Positions 29,167 through 43,281 of a DNA stretch of 64,000 bases are shown here, piece after piece (position 1 is the stretch's first letter; every line of letters starts with the position of its first letter). Below the pieces are notes generated by a model, which searched no databases, had not been told where the DNA came from, and worked only from the letters and a program-made list of their open reading frames with translations. The stretch comes from Eledone cirrhosa (taxonomy: Eukaryota), in assembly GCA_964016885.1 (NCBI GenBank), contig OZ024740.1, forward strand, positions 379,316,001-379,380,000. Reading direction: 5' to 3'. Made by a program: the position numbers and the translations under genes.

Positions 29167-29986
29167 TAAGCATTTGAAAAATACATAAATACAAATATAC
29201 AATATAAAATATGAATTATAATTTAAAAAGGAATTCACGAATGAAACAGTTCTAGTCCTGTAGAAGCTTTTCTACATTAAAACATTTATACTCTGCTATG
29301 TATTGAGTACCTTACTTACTGTGGTTACCCCCGATTGAACCCGGAATAACTTATATATATATATATAGTAGACTCTATATATTGTCATTATACAGGTTCC
29401 ATCATATGAAATATTTATAAAAATATTTGCATAACTCTTTTATTTAATACTTCAGTGAGATATTGATACATCATTACTTGATCTTCAAAACATTTCCATC
29501 CTACGTACGATACATCTTTATAATAAGCTGTCAACATCCTTAAAATAGACTATTAACACTTCTCATTATAGATATTATCAATGTAGGGTAGTGGTGCATC
29601 ACAGTATGATGCATTATCATGCGACAAAATGATATTTATGTGTCTTTGATATATCTCCATTACTTGACATTGGAACGTTCAAAGTATGAGATATTAAGTC
29701 AACTTCTTGTATGAACCCAATATGTTTATACATCTAGATATATGACAATTTCGAAGGCGCTTCTGTTTGTGTAATTTTGTAATACTGTATCTTAGTGCAT
29801 AGAGTGATTTTAAATGTTATTTGAACGATGAAAATTATCCAAACTGAAATTTCTAGACCTGAAGGATCTGTCGATTTTTGTTAAAATAAAAAGAAAGTAA
29901 TTATATACTTATGAACACGTTACACCTTCATCTGATTATATTCTATGCAACACAAATACTCTAATACATATTTCATCGAATTTCAG

Positions 29987-30164
29987 ATCAATAATAACGA
30001 GCGTGATGGTGGTGTTCTGGTTGGAAACTGGTCAGGGAAGTATGACGATGGCATGGCTCCCTATGCTTGGAATGGTAGTGCTGCAATTTTGGAAGAATTC
30101 CTTAAGAAACGGAAAGGAGTGAAGTTCGGCCAGTGCTGGACATTTTCAGCTGTTGCAACTACTA
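29987..30164 (+). CDS. Transglutaminase exon with catalytic cysteine
   Basis: tttcAG / GTATGT junctions. INNNERDGGVLVGNWSGKYDDGMAPYAWNGSAAILEEFLKKRKGVKFGQCWTFSAVATT contains the active-site GQCW. Confidence 0.97.
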
Positions 30165-30633
30165 GTATGTTATAATTACCTTACGTGCATTGCTTTATGA
30201 AATATATTAGAATTATTATACTATATTCTATTTATCCTTTTAAACCCCTGTTTTTTGTTAACGTGTACTACACTATGTATGAGGATACTATCATATAATT
30301 AACTGAGAATAAATATTAAACAATATATGTTCTTGCCCGACCTCATAATAATTGACAAAACCATTCTACATAGTGAAAGCCACATCTAGGAGAGAACTGA
30401 CTAAGTACAAAGAACTACTTTGTTCTGTCACATAATATTCCTAGAGACAGTGGCCTAATAAAAGGACCTGACTCATACTGTATAGCGATTATTGAAGGAA
30501 AGGCATACAGTCGTGAAAACCATGCCAAAAGGGGACACTACGAAGGAGACGTAGACACGCAGCTGGATAGTAGGCACTCTGCCACCCTGTTTTCACTCTG
30601 GGTACAATACTTTCAGTACATCTACCTCCCTTA

Positions 30634-30822
30634 ATAATTGTTTCTACTTTTGGCACAAGGCCAGCAATTACCCAGTGCATTACTGGTACTTTATTTTATC
30701 GACCCCATAAGGATGAAATGCAAAGTTAACCTCGGCGGGATTTGAACTCAGATTGGAAAGGGCCGTAACTCTATGAGTCAAAGCAAAGCATGGCGTCCGA
30801 CCCTCTACCGATACTGCTAATC
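30634..30822 (-). mobile_element. tRNA-derived SINE, family A
   Basis: Near-identical to 2251-2439. Confidence 0.88.
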
Positions 30823-31044
30823 CTTTATTAATGGGCAAAAGCTATCTACTACTTTCAGTGGGCATTCTGAGGATATGAGTGAGTTTATTGACCGAGTGCT
30901 CTAACTGTTGACTATACTTGTTTTACCTACCTTCGTCTCCTTCTTTGCCTTATCTAGCTTGTCAACTTTTGCTCATCGTCGAAAGCGAAGAGAATCCATC
31001 ATGCATCTATGTATGTATGTATGTATCTATGTATGTATGTAGGT

Positions 31045-31400
31045 CCGGGAGAGATGACCCCTTAGCCTTTGTCACCGGGAGAGATGACCCCTTAGCCTTT
31101 GTCAAGGCAGAATTCTAGGAGAAGGAAAACTCTGATATAACACCTGCAACCCTGATGGTATCCAATGATGTTGACTTGTTCTTCTTTTTGGTAAATATCA
31201 TCTTCATTAAGAGAGTGGGACTGGCTTTGTGCAGTGCCTTTGCCCACTATAAAAGCTTCACGGCACAGGCATTGCTTTATATCTGGAGATCTCTCTGCAC
31301 TTGTCATTACATGGTACCATGGGCCCAGCACTATGTGTCAATAATTGTCACAGTTGTAGTGTTTGTACCAGGGTTTTCAAGTCGCTGGCTGGACTAAACA
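31045..31400 (+). mobile_element. Non-autonomous RTE 5'UTR-derived repeat
   Basis: 31110-31280 aligns by eye with the reverse complement of 36920-37115. Starts with a 30-bp tandem duplication CCGGGAGAGATGACCCCTTAGCCTTTGTCA. Confidence 0.6.
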
Positions 31401-31667
31401 GTCACACTCGTTCAGCGCATCGGTAGGGGTTCTCCTACATGGATATAAAGTAGTGGCCGTACTCGAAAACGAGTTGGCAGCCACCATGTAGGTAGGTATG
31501 TATGTATGTTTCTATGTGTGCATGTATGTATGTGTGTATGTATGTACGTATGTATGTATGTATGTACGTGTGTATGTATGTATGTATGTACGTGTGTATG
31601 TATGTATGTACGTATTATGTATCTATACGTGTATGTGTGTATGTATGTATGTATGTACATATGTATG

Positions 31668-31701
<34 letters not shown>

Positions 31702-32051
31702 TGTATGTATGTATGTATGTATGTACGTATGTACGTATGTATGTATCTACACATGCATGTGTGTATGTATGTATGTGTTCTACATTCCAGAGCTAATGAT
31801 TACATCGTTTTTCTGTTTAATTAGCTAAATTGATTTTTCAAAGAATATTATTTGATAAGAATTTTATCTTTCTCTAATTATAATTTGTAATGAATAATGA
31901 TTGCCCTCTTTTGGGGCTAATACGTATGTTATGGTGTATAATTATATTTCGGGTGGCAATTTTAATTATTATATCAACATTGTTCAATATTCATCATTTA
32001 TTTAAACAGAGTCTAATAAATCATCACACAAATTTATTTTTCTACATAACA

Positions 32052-32104
<53 letters not shown>

Positions 32105-32251
32105 TTTTGAGTTTATGTTGGTTGTATACCAACACCTCAGTATGCAGGCTGGAGCACTCCACGAAGTGCGCAGGTTGGTTTGGTTACTCCGGAGTAATGT
32201 AAAATAAAGTTAAATAAAAAGTCAAATGTTTAAAATTTAGCTTCGTTTATT

Positions 32252-32308
32252 ACTGCTATATATATATTTCAGTGACAGCCATCTTTGGCTGTGACCTCTT
32301 CAGGCAGT
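32252..32308 (-). ncRNA. Type I hammerhead ribozyme (left arm of palindrome)
   Basis: Reverse-complement copy of 32540-32596. Confidence 0.75.
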
Positions 32309-32539
32309 TTGAATTAGTATGGTATAGACAAGTACATATGTTGTTTAGGTGTATGATATTGTCAATACTCTGATATGCCCAGTTCCTTGTTGGGTTGTTA
32401 TTTCACTGAGGAACTGGAATCATAATGATTCCAGTTCCTCAGTGAAATAACAACCCAACCAGGAACTGGGCATATCAGAGTATTGACAATATTATACACC
32501 TCAACAACATATGTACTTGTCTATACCATACTAATTCAA

Positions 32540-32596
32540 ACTGCCTGAAGAGGTCACAGCCAAAGATGGCTGTCACTGAAATATATATATAGCAGT
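32540..32596 (+). ncRNA. Type I hammerhead ribozyme (right arm of palindrome)
   Basis: ACTGC-CTGAAGA-GGTcACAGCC aaagat GGCTGTcACT-GAAA-tatatata-TA-GCAGT, then AATAAA; self-complementary stem III. Confidence 0.78.
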
Positions 32597-32641
32597 AATA
32601 AACGAAGCTAAATTTTAAACATTTGACTATTTATTTTACTT

Positions 32642-32726
<85 letters not shown>

Positions 32727-32738
32727 AATATATGTATA

Positions 32739-32785
<47 letters not shown>

Positions 32786-32800
32786 GTATGTATATATATA

Positions 32801-32831
<31 letters not shown>

Positions 32832-33227
32832 GTATATGTATATATATATATGTATGTATATGTATGTATATATATATATGTATGTATATGTATGTATATA
32901 TATATATGTATGTATATATATATATATACATACATATGATGGCTGCCCCCTCGTTATCGAGTATGGCCATTGCACGAGGAGAAAAAAAAAAATAATAATA
33001 ATAAATAAATTAAAATAAAATTAAAATTTAAAAAAAAAAAAAAAAAAATATATATATATACATATACATACATATATATACACACACACACACACATACT
33101 CACACATACATATACACACACACATACATTAATAACAATAATAATAATAATAATAATAACAACAATAATAATAACGACAACAACAATAATAATATACATA
33201 TACATATATATATACACACACATAAGC

Positions 33228-33289
<62 letters not shown>

Positions 33290-33291
<2 letters not shown>

Positions 33292-36200
33292 TAGCAACTA
33301 ACAGCGCTGCGATCGAATGTAGCTTTTTAGCCCAGCCAATGATCTAAAATGTCTTGCACAGAGTCGGCAACCAAAACACTTGCTGGGAATAGTCGGCTGT
33401 GGTTGGAGTTCGTGTACTTTTGCATGTCGCTTGAGCCCTCCTGCTGATTTACATTCTCTACCACATGTTTGGCAAGCATGATGAGTAGCATCTCCAACAG
33501 CAGCCTGGTAGTCAACCACTGGACTTACTTTATGACTGCGAAGATGACTTTCGAGTCCAGCTTTGCTTAGGCAGAGTCTCGCACATACGCTGCATGTCAG
33601 CACCATAGGAGGACCCTCGCCGTCTGGAAGTGCAACAGCAATGCCCTTCCTCACATCCCGCTTTACTTTCTCGTATGCGATTCGAGATGCCTCAAAGGCA
33701 ACTTTTCCCTCATATACAGTCTTTCTCCATTTATTACGATCAGCAGCAATATTCTCCCATGTATCAGCAGAGATGTTAACGTCTTTCAGAGAGGCTTTCA
33801 AGGAATCCTTATACCTCTTTTTTGGTTTATGTGGCGGTCGTTTTCCTTTAACCAACTCTCCATAAAAGAGTTGTTTTGGTATTCTAGAATCCTTCATCCT
33901 GGCAAGGTGACCACTCCAACGGAGTCGTTGCTTAAGCACAAGAGCTTCTATACTGTCACACATAGAGCTTTCCAAAATCTCGACATCACTGGTGTGGTCC
34001 CTCCAGTGAACGCCATGGATCCGTCTGAGACACATCTGATGGAAACGCTCCAATTGCTTAAGGTGGTGTCGATATGTGACCCAGGTCTCGCAGGCATAAA
34101 GAAGACAAGAGAGCACACATGCCCTGTACACCTTTACCTTTGTCCTCCTGCATATGTCTCGCCGACCCCAGAGTCGCCTTTCTAGCTTTCCGAAAGCATC
34201 ACTTGCTTTCCTAATCCTAAGTGAGATTTCACTGTCAAGGTTGCTGTATCGATTGATTTGCTTCCCAGGTAGACAAACTGATCAACCACTCCAAGTCGTT
34301 TGCCATACACATAGATGTTTGGTTCAGTGTACTGCTTACCAGGGGCAGGTTGGTACATGACGACGGTTTTCTTGAGACTGACAGTCAGACCTAGGGCAGT
34401 GCAAGCGTCAGAAAATGCATTCAAAATGTGCTGCATATCACTCTCTGTGTGCGCTACAAGATCGCAATCATTTGCATACAAGAGGTCTCTTATGATTGAT
34501 GTAAACACTTTTGTCTTCGCAGCAAAGCGCCTGATGTTAAATATGCTGCCTGATGTTCGATATCGGATGTAAACACCATGCTCGCAATTCCTGAATGCAA
34601 TACAGAAAACCATTGCAAAGTATATGGCAAACAGGGTCGGTGCTGGAATATCCCCCTGTTTCACTCCATTTTTTACTGAGATAGGCTCCAACATGTTACC
34701 CCCGACATTAACCCAAGCCTTCATGTCGTCATGGAAAGACCTAACTAAAGCAAGGAACTTATCAGGGCAACCAAGTTTCTGGAGAACCTTCCATAATGCA
34801 TCTCTGTTAACAGTATCGAAAGCTTTTGTCAGATCGACAAAAACCTGATACAGATCCAAGCCTTGTTCCATGCACTTCTCCTGGAGCTATCTAGCTGAGA
34901 AGATCATATCAGTAGTGCCGCGTCCAGCACGAAAACCAGATTGACTTTCAGGAAGAACACAATCTGCAATGTGTGTCAGCAGTCGGTCCAGAAGCACCCT
35001 ACATAAAACTTTCCCTACGACATAAAGCAATGATATACCTCTGTAGTTCCCACAATCGTTCCTGTTACCCTTTCCCCTGTACAAGACCACCATTACTGCA
35101 TCTCTCCAGTCCTCAGGTACGAATTCATTAGCCCATATCCTGCCAAACAAAGAGTGAAGATGTTGCAGGAGTCTCTCATCACCATATTGTAGGAGCTCAG
35201 CATGTATGCCATCCATACCTGGAGATCTTCCACTGTTCAGCTTCGAAATAGCCATTGCAACCACCACAAGCGTCGGAGGTTCTGCGAGAGCTACTTTCAC
35301 AGGACTTTCTGGAATGAGATTGAGGAAATCTTCACTGACGACAGACGGCTGATTCAAAAGATCATCAAAGTGCTCTCGCCATCTTCGTAGAATTCCATGT
35401 GAGTCACGAAGAAGTTCTTTGCCATCCTTGCTGCGAAGCGGTGTCACCAGAGAAGAAGACGGTCCATAAACCGCACGCAAGAGACTGTACAACAGCTTTG
35501 TGTTATTGGAATCAGACGCAGTTTGTATCTCACCAACCTTCTCACTCCACCACTGATCCTTCATCTGAGAAAGACTCCGCCTAACACGTGATTTTACATC
35601 CCTGAGTTCCTCATGCAACGTATTCCTCTCCTGTGGTTTTGCCGCCAAGTAGTGTGACAGAGCACGCCTCTTATCAACCAACAAGTCTTCTATATGTACA
35701 TCATTCTCATTAAACCAGTCCTGATGTTTCCTCTGCGTCAATCCCAGAACACGCCTGCCTACATCACAAACCAACTTTGTAAGGGTCGGCCAATCCTCAC
35801 CAAGATCTGCAGCCTGCATCTCTTCTTCCAATGTCCTCTTCACATTTTTATCCTTAAGACGAGCAGCATTCAATCTTTTGGGCAGGGCAACACCAGGAGC
35901 CCGGATTTTACGTTTAGTGATTAGTTTCACTTTTGCGCGTACCAGGCGGTGGTCCGTCCAGCACTCAGCTCCACGAAGAACACGAACACACTGCACATCC
36001 TGTCTGTCACGCATCCTGACTAGGACGTAGTCCAAAAGATGCCATTCCTTAGATGCAGGATGCATCCATGTGGTCTTGAATTTGTTCTTTTGTTGGAACA
36101 TGGTGTTGGTAACACACAGATCCAGCTCCTCACACATCTGCAGCAGGAGCATACCATTGCTGTTACACTTTCCCACCCCATGCCTTCCGATTACATTCCA

Positions 36201-36863
36201 TGTGTTAAAATCCCTACCCACTCTAGCATTAAAGTCACCAAGCACGATGACTTTGTCTGCCTGGGGGATATTTCTTAAAACACCTTTCAAGGCATGGTAA
36301 AAGGACACCTTTTCCTCATCGACAGAACTCATAGTTGGAGCATACACACTCACCAGAGTAGCATATCTTCCCTTGTCCAGCAGAACTCTCATGGACATAA
36401 GACGCTCACTAATCCCTACTGGGAATTCTTCTAATTTGTTCACAAGTACAGCAAATCCTACCCCAGCCTCTCTTCTGGTTCCTTCATCTCTTCCTTTCCA
36501 AAAGAATGTATATTCTCCACAAAATTCCGTAAGATGACCATCTCCAGCTAACCTCGTCTCAGATAAAGCCACGATGTCAAGATCGTAACGTCGAAGCTCC
36601 TTTGCAACAAGAGCGGTCCTTCGTTCAGAACGCTCCAAGGAACCCCTGTCAAGCAGCGTCCGTACGTTCCAGCAGCCAAGACTAAATGCCTTGTTTGGCT
36701 CTATTACAATGGCACGATGACGAGCGGGCCCAGGCTGTGATAACCTGGGGCCCCTGCCCTTATTGCCAATGATCTTTTTTGTTCCAGAACCTAAATTGCC
36801 AATTATCTCTTTTATATTGTTCTGGAACATCATTGAATTTAGAAAAAAAAAAAAAAAAAAAAA

Positions 36864-36903
<40 letters not shown>

Positions 36904-37205
36904 ACTATTAATAATTATTAATGCACTCGTGCAATGCCTGTGCGTGACGAATATTTTTAAAGTGAGGAAAGACTGTGCACTGAGCCAATCCCACTCTCTG
37001 AGCGACAGTAGCTATAACCCGAAAAGAAGAAAAGATCAACATCATCGGTAACTACTGAGCCGCAGGTTTTATGTCGGAGTTAACCCAGTTTCCTGAGATG
37101 CCTTCTCCTAGAAGAATGCCCTGGCAAGTGCTAGGGGTTCTTCACTCCCAGTGGTTTAACTGCGCAATCGGGCATCCAGCCCGATTATTTCTATGTCCCC
37201 GAGCA
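33290..37205 (-). mobile_element. Near full-length RTE-clade LINE (APE endonuclease + RT + C-terminal C2H2 fingers), inactivated
   Basis: APE motifs CWNVRTL, LSETR, VYAPT, LGDFNARVG, LDYVL, TDH; RT motifs YRGISLL, QSGFR, FVDLTKAFD, GVKQG, YAND(D). Premature TAG at 34887-89 and a frameshift near 34250. 36905-37205 looks like an RTE 5' UTR (TCTAGGAGAAGG...AAACC on the minus strand). Confidence 0.93.
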
Positions 37206-37326
37206 AAGAAAAAAAAAAAAAATCATTTATTGACATTTATACGTACGACATACACACACGCGCATATATATGCGCGCACACAGCAACACTCATACATACA
37301 AACAAACACACACACGCTACTCTACT

Positions 37327-37358
<32 letters not shown>

Positions 37359-37484
37359 AATATATTACCGTCATTACTGATACAAGATTACAAGATTATG
37401 TTAACTGTTGACTTTCAAGAGTTTGTATAGTTGAAGCCGATCGTACTACAGTCCAGTATTATTATAATTGCTTTACAGCATAGA

Positions 37485-37620
37485 GTTATGGCTCCCCACG
37501 CTCTGAGCTTAAATCCCGCCGAGGTCAACCTTGCCTTTCATCCCCACGGAGTCAACAAAAGAGAGTACCAGTGATGCGCTGGGCCAGTCGCTGGATCCGT
37601 GCCAAAAGCAGAAAAATTAT
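37485..37620 (+). mobile_element. SINE family A, diverged
   Basis: AAATCCCGCCGAGGTCAACCTTGCCTTTCATCCCCACGGAGTC...GAGTACCAGT. Confidence 0.75.
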
Positions 37621-38344
37621 TATTAAAGTTGTTTTCTTAAGGCCCGGTTGCTGGTGATGGTGATGGCGGCGGCGGTAGTGGTGGTGGTGGTGGCAGTTGA
37701 TGTTGTTGTTAATTTGTGTGCGTGTGTGTGTGTGTTTTGTTATTTTGAGTTTTTTTTTGTTTTTTTTTATCTTTTGATGCCGCTGTTGTTGTTGTTGTTG
37801 TAAATGTTCATTTCAGTTCATTCTGAAGCTGTTGTTGCTGTAAACATTAGTGCCGGTGCTGCTGTTGTAGATGTTGGGGTTGAAATCTGGTCGTTTGACT
37901 GAGTGATGTATATACACACATATACATACATATATATATATATATACACATTCAACAGAGAGTAGAGAGTTTGACAACAGGTCGATGACTTTAGTCTAGA
38001 TAGGGTAATGACATGTGATGGTGGGGAGAGAGTGTAGAAGTTATTGTGGTGGCGGGAGACAGTGCGATGTATCTAGTTCATTTGACCGTTTTCTTCTCTT
38101 TGCAAAATTTGAATTTTAGCCATGTTATATTGAGATGTAAGTAAATGTAAAATGTAAAATATAAATAAGGATTGCCTGCTAAAATATACTAAAATATTTG
38201 TGTAACTTCCACAAACTTCTGTCGTGACATTCCCGAGTCCAGTGACCAACAAATTGTTGTATTTTGATGTTTCAGAATACAAAAATTAATTAAAAACTTA
38301 CCCCACGAAAAGACAACGTGTGTTGCCCTATCTATAAGCTCCCT

Positions 38345-39246
<902 letters not shown>

Positions 39247-39382
39247 GTTAAACAAGGTTCGATGAATAAATCAAAGAATTAGTTTTACAATAGATTGGAA
39301 GCACTCAACAGGAATATTTTTCCGGAGTTATTAATATTCATTCAAAATATTAACAAAAATAGAACTTCATTGTGATCAAGTA

Positions 39383-39449
39383 TATTTTATTATACATATT
39401 TGAGAGGTACTGAGCAAACTTCAACAGTACGTCCTCATCAGATAAAATA
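39383..39449 (-). ncRNA. Decayed hammerhead (G12C)
   Basis: Reverse complement TATTTTAT-CTGATGA-ggacGTACTG..CAGTACctct-CAAA-tatgta-TA-ATAAAATA. Homologous to 28277 but core 2 reads CAAA. Confidence 0.65.
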
Positions 39450-40823
39450 AGATGATGCATGACATACCCTGACATAGTAGATGGTTAAGATCCAGTCATG
39501 GTAGTGAGTAAGATATAACAAAACTCAATATTTATATACCTTAAGATTGATACATGAAAAAACTTATATATAATACATATAATACAGAAGGTGCGTGTAA
39601 GAAAGTTTAAAAATACATAACAGTAATTTACTGTTAGAGATTCAAATAATTATTGAAGAAAGAGGAAAGAAAAAAGAGAGAGAGAAAACATATGAGGGGA
39701 AAATATAGCTAGAAGAGGTATAGAGAACAAAGGAAAATTGATCAAGGAGAAGCGAGACAAAGAGGAATAATTATAATTATAGGGAGGGATGTATAGTTAT
39801 GTATGATATATATCCATACACAACTATACATTTGGGCATAGCTATGCGATAGAGTAAACTCGAATCATTGAATTATTGAATTATCTAGAAATATTCATCA
39901 ATCTAAATCCTAAATATAACTGGGTATAATCAATAAGGGTTAATTTCCTCAGTTAATTAGTTATATATACTATCCAAATGTGTCCGGTTGACCGTTAACT
40001 TTCAAATCTTTTAAGTTAGTTCAGAGTAATGAATTAATTAAAGTGTATAATATTTCAGGCTATAAAAGTTTATAAATATCTGTATTAATATTAAAGTATA
40101 CTATCATATTTAATTTATAAAATCATATTTTATGAATTCATATTTAAACTAATTGTAAATATTAGAGAGAAAACATGCTATGTTTCATCCTCTCGAAGAT
40201 AAATCTTAATAATTTTATTATAATATATTTAATTATTATATTGATGATATCATTTAAAAAAATAATTTTTAAAAAATTTCCGATTAACAATTAGAATGAC
40301 TTAAAGCATCAAAATGCCTTATAATTAAACTTTAAAAAAAGTTTATTATTAAATTAGATATATGCATTTGTCTAAATATAAACAATGATTATATTGTGTA
40401 AAGATTAAGATGATACCTATCATTTATATATAACATAATATAATATAAATAAGTTACTGGTAATATTGTTAAAAATTAAATATATATATATATATGTATG
40501 TATGTATATATATATTTATATATATATGTGTGTGTGTGTGTGTAGGTGTGTGTGTGCGCGCGCGCGCTCGTGTGTGTTTTCCTCTCTCTATATATATATA
40601 GAGTGTCCCAATGTATACACACTTCAACAGCATTCTAATAAATATGTGTATACATTTTTGGAGGACACTGTGTATATAGATGTATGTATGTATATATGCG
40701 TGTGCATGTGTATGTGTACAGATATAGACATAGATATACACAAACACACACGCATTCACACATATATATACCGTTATGTAGAAAAATAAGTTTTTTTGTG
40801 TAATATTTAATAATAATAATAAT

Positions 40824-40895
<72 letters not shown>

Positions 40896-41479
40896 TGAGT
40901 ATGTATATATACTTTCAAAATGCGTACAGTAGTAGTAATCTCTCGCTGATCCGAATCTGTAGTTCAGTTTCGATATCTTGGATTGAGTAATTGTTAAATT
41001 GTAAAACAAAAAAACAACTTTTTAAAGAAGGACCCTTAAAAAATTATTTTTTGAAAATAAAAATACAAGCAAAAGACACAGAACTCCAGTGTCATCGGAC
41101 GTTGGCAGTTTCGACCCCTACTAACGGTACTACTGGTCCACCATCAGAGAACAGGACAGGGGAAGCACTACCTTGATAACGACCACTAGCGAGAAACGAT
41201 CTTCGATAGTTATCCTCTACTGTTTCTGCTGGAAATCGCTAGATGGCGTTAGCTATCAACTTCCAAAATTCATAGCTAAAAAGCTTTAAAATATTTCTTT
41301 CGAAAATAACACATTAATAAGACTCTAATCGTGCTTCAATGATACACATAACAGTATTGTTTTTATTTTTATATGCATACACAATTTTGTGCATGTTTTT
41401 GAGTATGTGCATCTATGTGTAGTTCAAATTCTATGGTGCTTAACTCTTGAGCATATATGTATAACTATTATTAATGTTG

Positions 41480-41872
41480 ATTTCTTAATTAGGCACAGGG
41501 CTTGCAAATTTAGTGGGAAGGTCAAAGTTGATTAAAGAAACCTCAATATGTGATTTTATCGACCTCGGAAGGATAAAAGGTAAAGTCTACCTTCATGGGA
41601 TTTAAACTCGGTATGTAAAGAGCAGAGCCTGAACAAATACCGCAATGCCAGCCAGCCGACCTTTTAGATAACTAATATTGATTTCTACTTTAGACACAAA
41701 GCCAGAAAATTGGTGGGGAGGGAACAATCGATTACATCAAACACTACGTGATTGCTACTTTATTTTATCGACCCCCGAAAAGATGAAAAGCAAAGTTGAT
41801 CTTGATCTTAGCCGTAACTAAATGCTGGAAAGCATTTTGTCCGACGCTCGAATGATCCGACCAGCCCGCTCC
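41480..41872 (-). mobile_element. Two adjacent diverged family A SINEs
   Basis: Two TTTTATCGACC..GAA.GAT.AAAG..AAAGT cores at ~41555 and ~41763. Confidence 0.7.
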
Positions 41873-42571
41873 TTTATATATAATTAATATTTATTTTCTT
41901 TTACTGAGCCGAAGGTCAACTTTTTTGTTGTTATTCTATTTTTGTTTCTTTTAATAAGCTAACCGAGCGGGGCGGGGTGGGTCAGTAATCACGACTATTA
42001 CTGGTCCTCATAAACTGGTACAATTGGTGTGAATAATAAGGAAGCGTGGGAACGGAGAAGGAGTCGGGTGGAGATCTGGTTCGGCTGTTTGTAGTTGTAT
42101 GATTTCTTGTAAAATTACCCAAGAAAAGGTGGTGATGTTGACAGCGTTTTATAAGATGTAGTTGATTAAATCAACTCCAGTATGTTATTCCTATTTATAT
42201 TAATGCCCTTACAAGTTGACTCCATACAATAATGGTGTATTTGTGTAGTGCATATATCATAAAGGTCTCCAGCATTATTCAGCATGAAACAAGCCTGAAG
42301 CTTATTTCATGCTAAATTGTATTTGTTAATTAAGATCTTGCCATATGTGTTTCTGCTTCTTGTCGATCTCACTGACATGCTTAAGTCAATTTCAGCACCT
42401 TTGAGGTCGGCTATTTCTAGTACAAAAAAATATATTCTTATTGCCTAGTTACCAACAAAATTCTTTACAGAAAGATATAAACGATCGTGCACTGTATAAA
42501 TTCAATATACACACAAACATACACATACGCACATACATACATACACGCAGGCACTTGTCCACACACTCACG

Positions 42572-42675
<104 letters not shown>

Positions 42676-42763
42676 ATGGAAACATTTGAACAGGAACAAA
42701 ACAGAGAGGCAGTACAACGAATGTTTATTAATTTCACGCTCTGGAGAGTGGGGTGGTGGTGGC

Positions 42764-42800
42764 GAACGACGTTTCGGGCATAAGCCCTTCCTCAGGTGAG
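42764..42800 (-). ncRNA. Minimal type I hammerhead
   Basis: Reverse complement CTGAGGA-aGGGC ttat GCCC-GAAA-CG-TC; stem I weak. Its 3' tail (42675-42740) recurs alone at 25139-25203. Confidence 0.6.
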
Positions 42801-43003
42801 AAGTGTGTGGGAACAGAGTTCAAAGGGTGTGTAGGGGAGTGGTGGAGAGACATATAGCGAAAGGAACGGTGCGAATGAAATTAAAAATAACGACATTGAT
42901 ATAATTACATATATATCCATGAATACATTTATATATACACACAGAGAATTACATATGTGTGTATATATTTATGTATATATGTTAAAATATATATCTGTGT
43001 GTT

Positions 43004-43048
<45 letters not shown>

Positions 43049-43248
43049 ATGTGGTTGACGATTGAGAAAAAGGAGTACTCGATACCGAAATACTTTTGAC
43101 TAGATAGTGAGTTTTGTTACTCTGGAGTTTCGCCTGTTCATCACATGACCCTGTAACAAGACTCTCTATTCTGCCTTAATAAATGAATATATATATATAT
43201 GTGTGTGTGTGAGAGAGAGAGTGTGTGTATGTATATATATATATATGC

Positions 43249-43281
<33 letters not shown>

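Larger units (their letters stand above)
32200..32648. repeat. 449-bp near-perfect palindrome with a hammerhead in each arm
   Basis: 224-bp arms, 1-nt loop at 32424, a few mismatches; unpaired tail 32101-32199; (TA)n on both sides. Confidence 0.95.

Noticed and set aside
36780-36905. Poly-Y/F N-terminus of the 672-aa ORF
   Set aside because: Read-through of (TAT)n and poly-T; the APE domain starts near 36690.
41095-41150. Minus-strand CTGATGG...GGTC-GAAA...GTC
   Set aside because: Core 1 is altered and stems I and III pair poorly; too degenerate to call.
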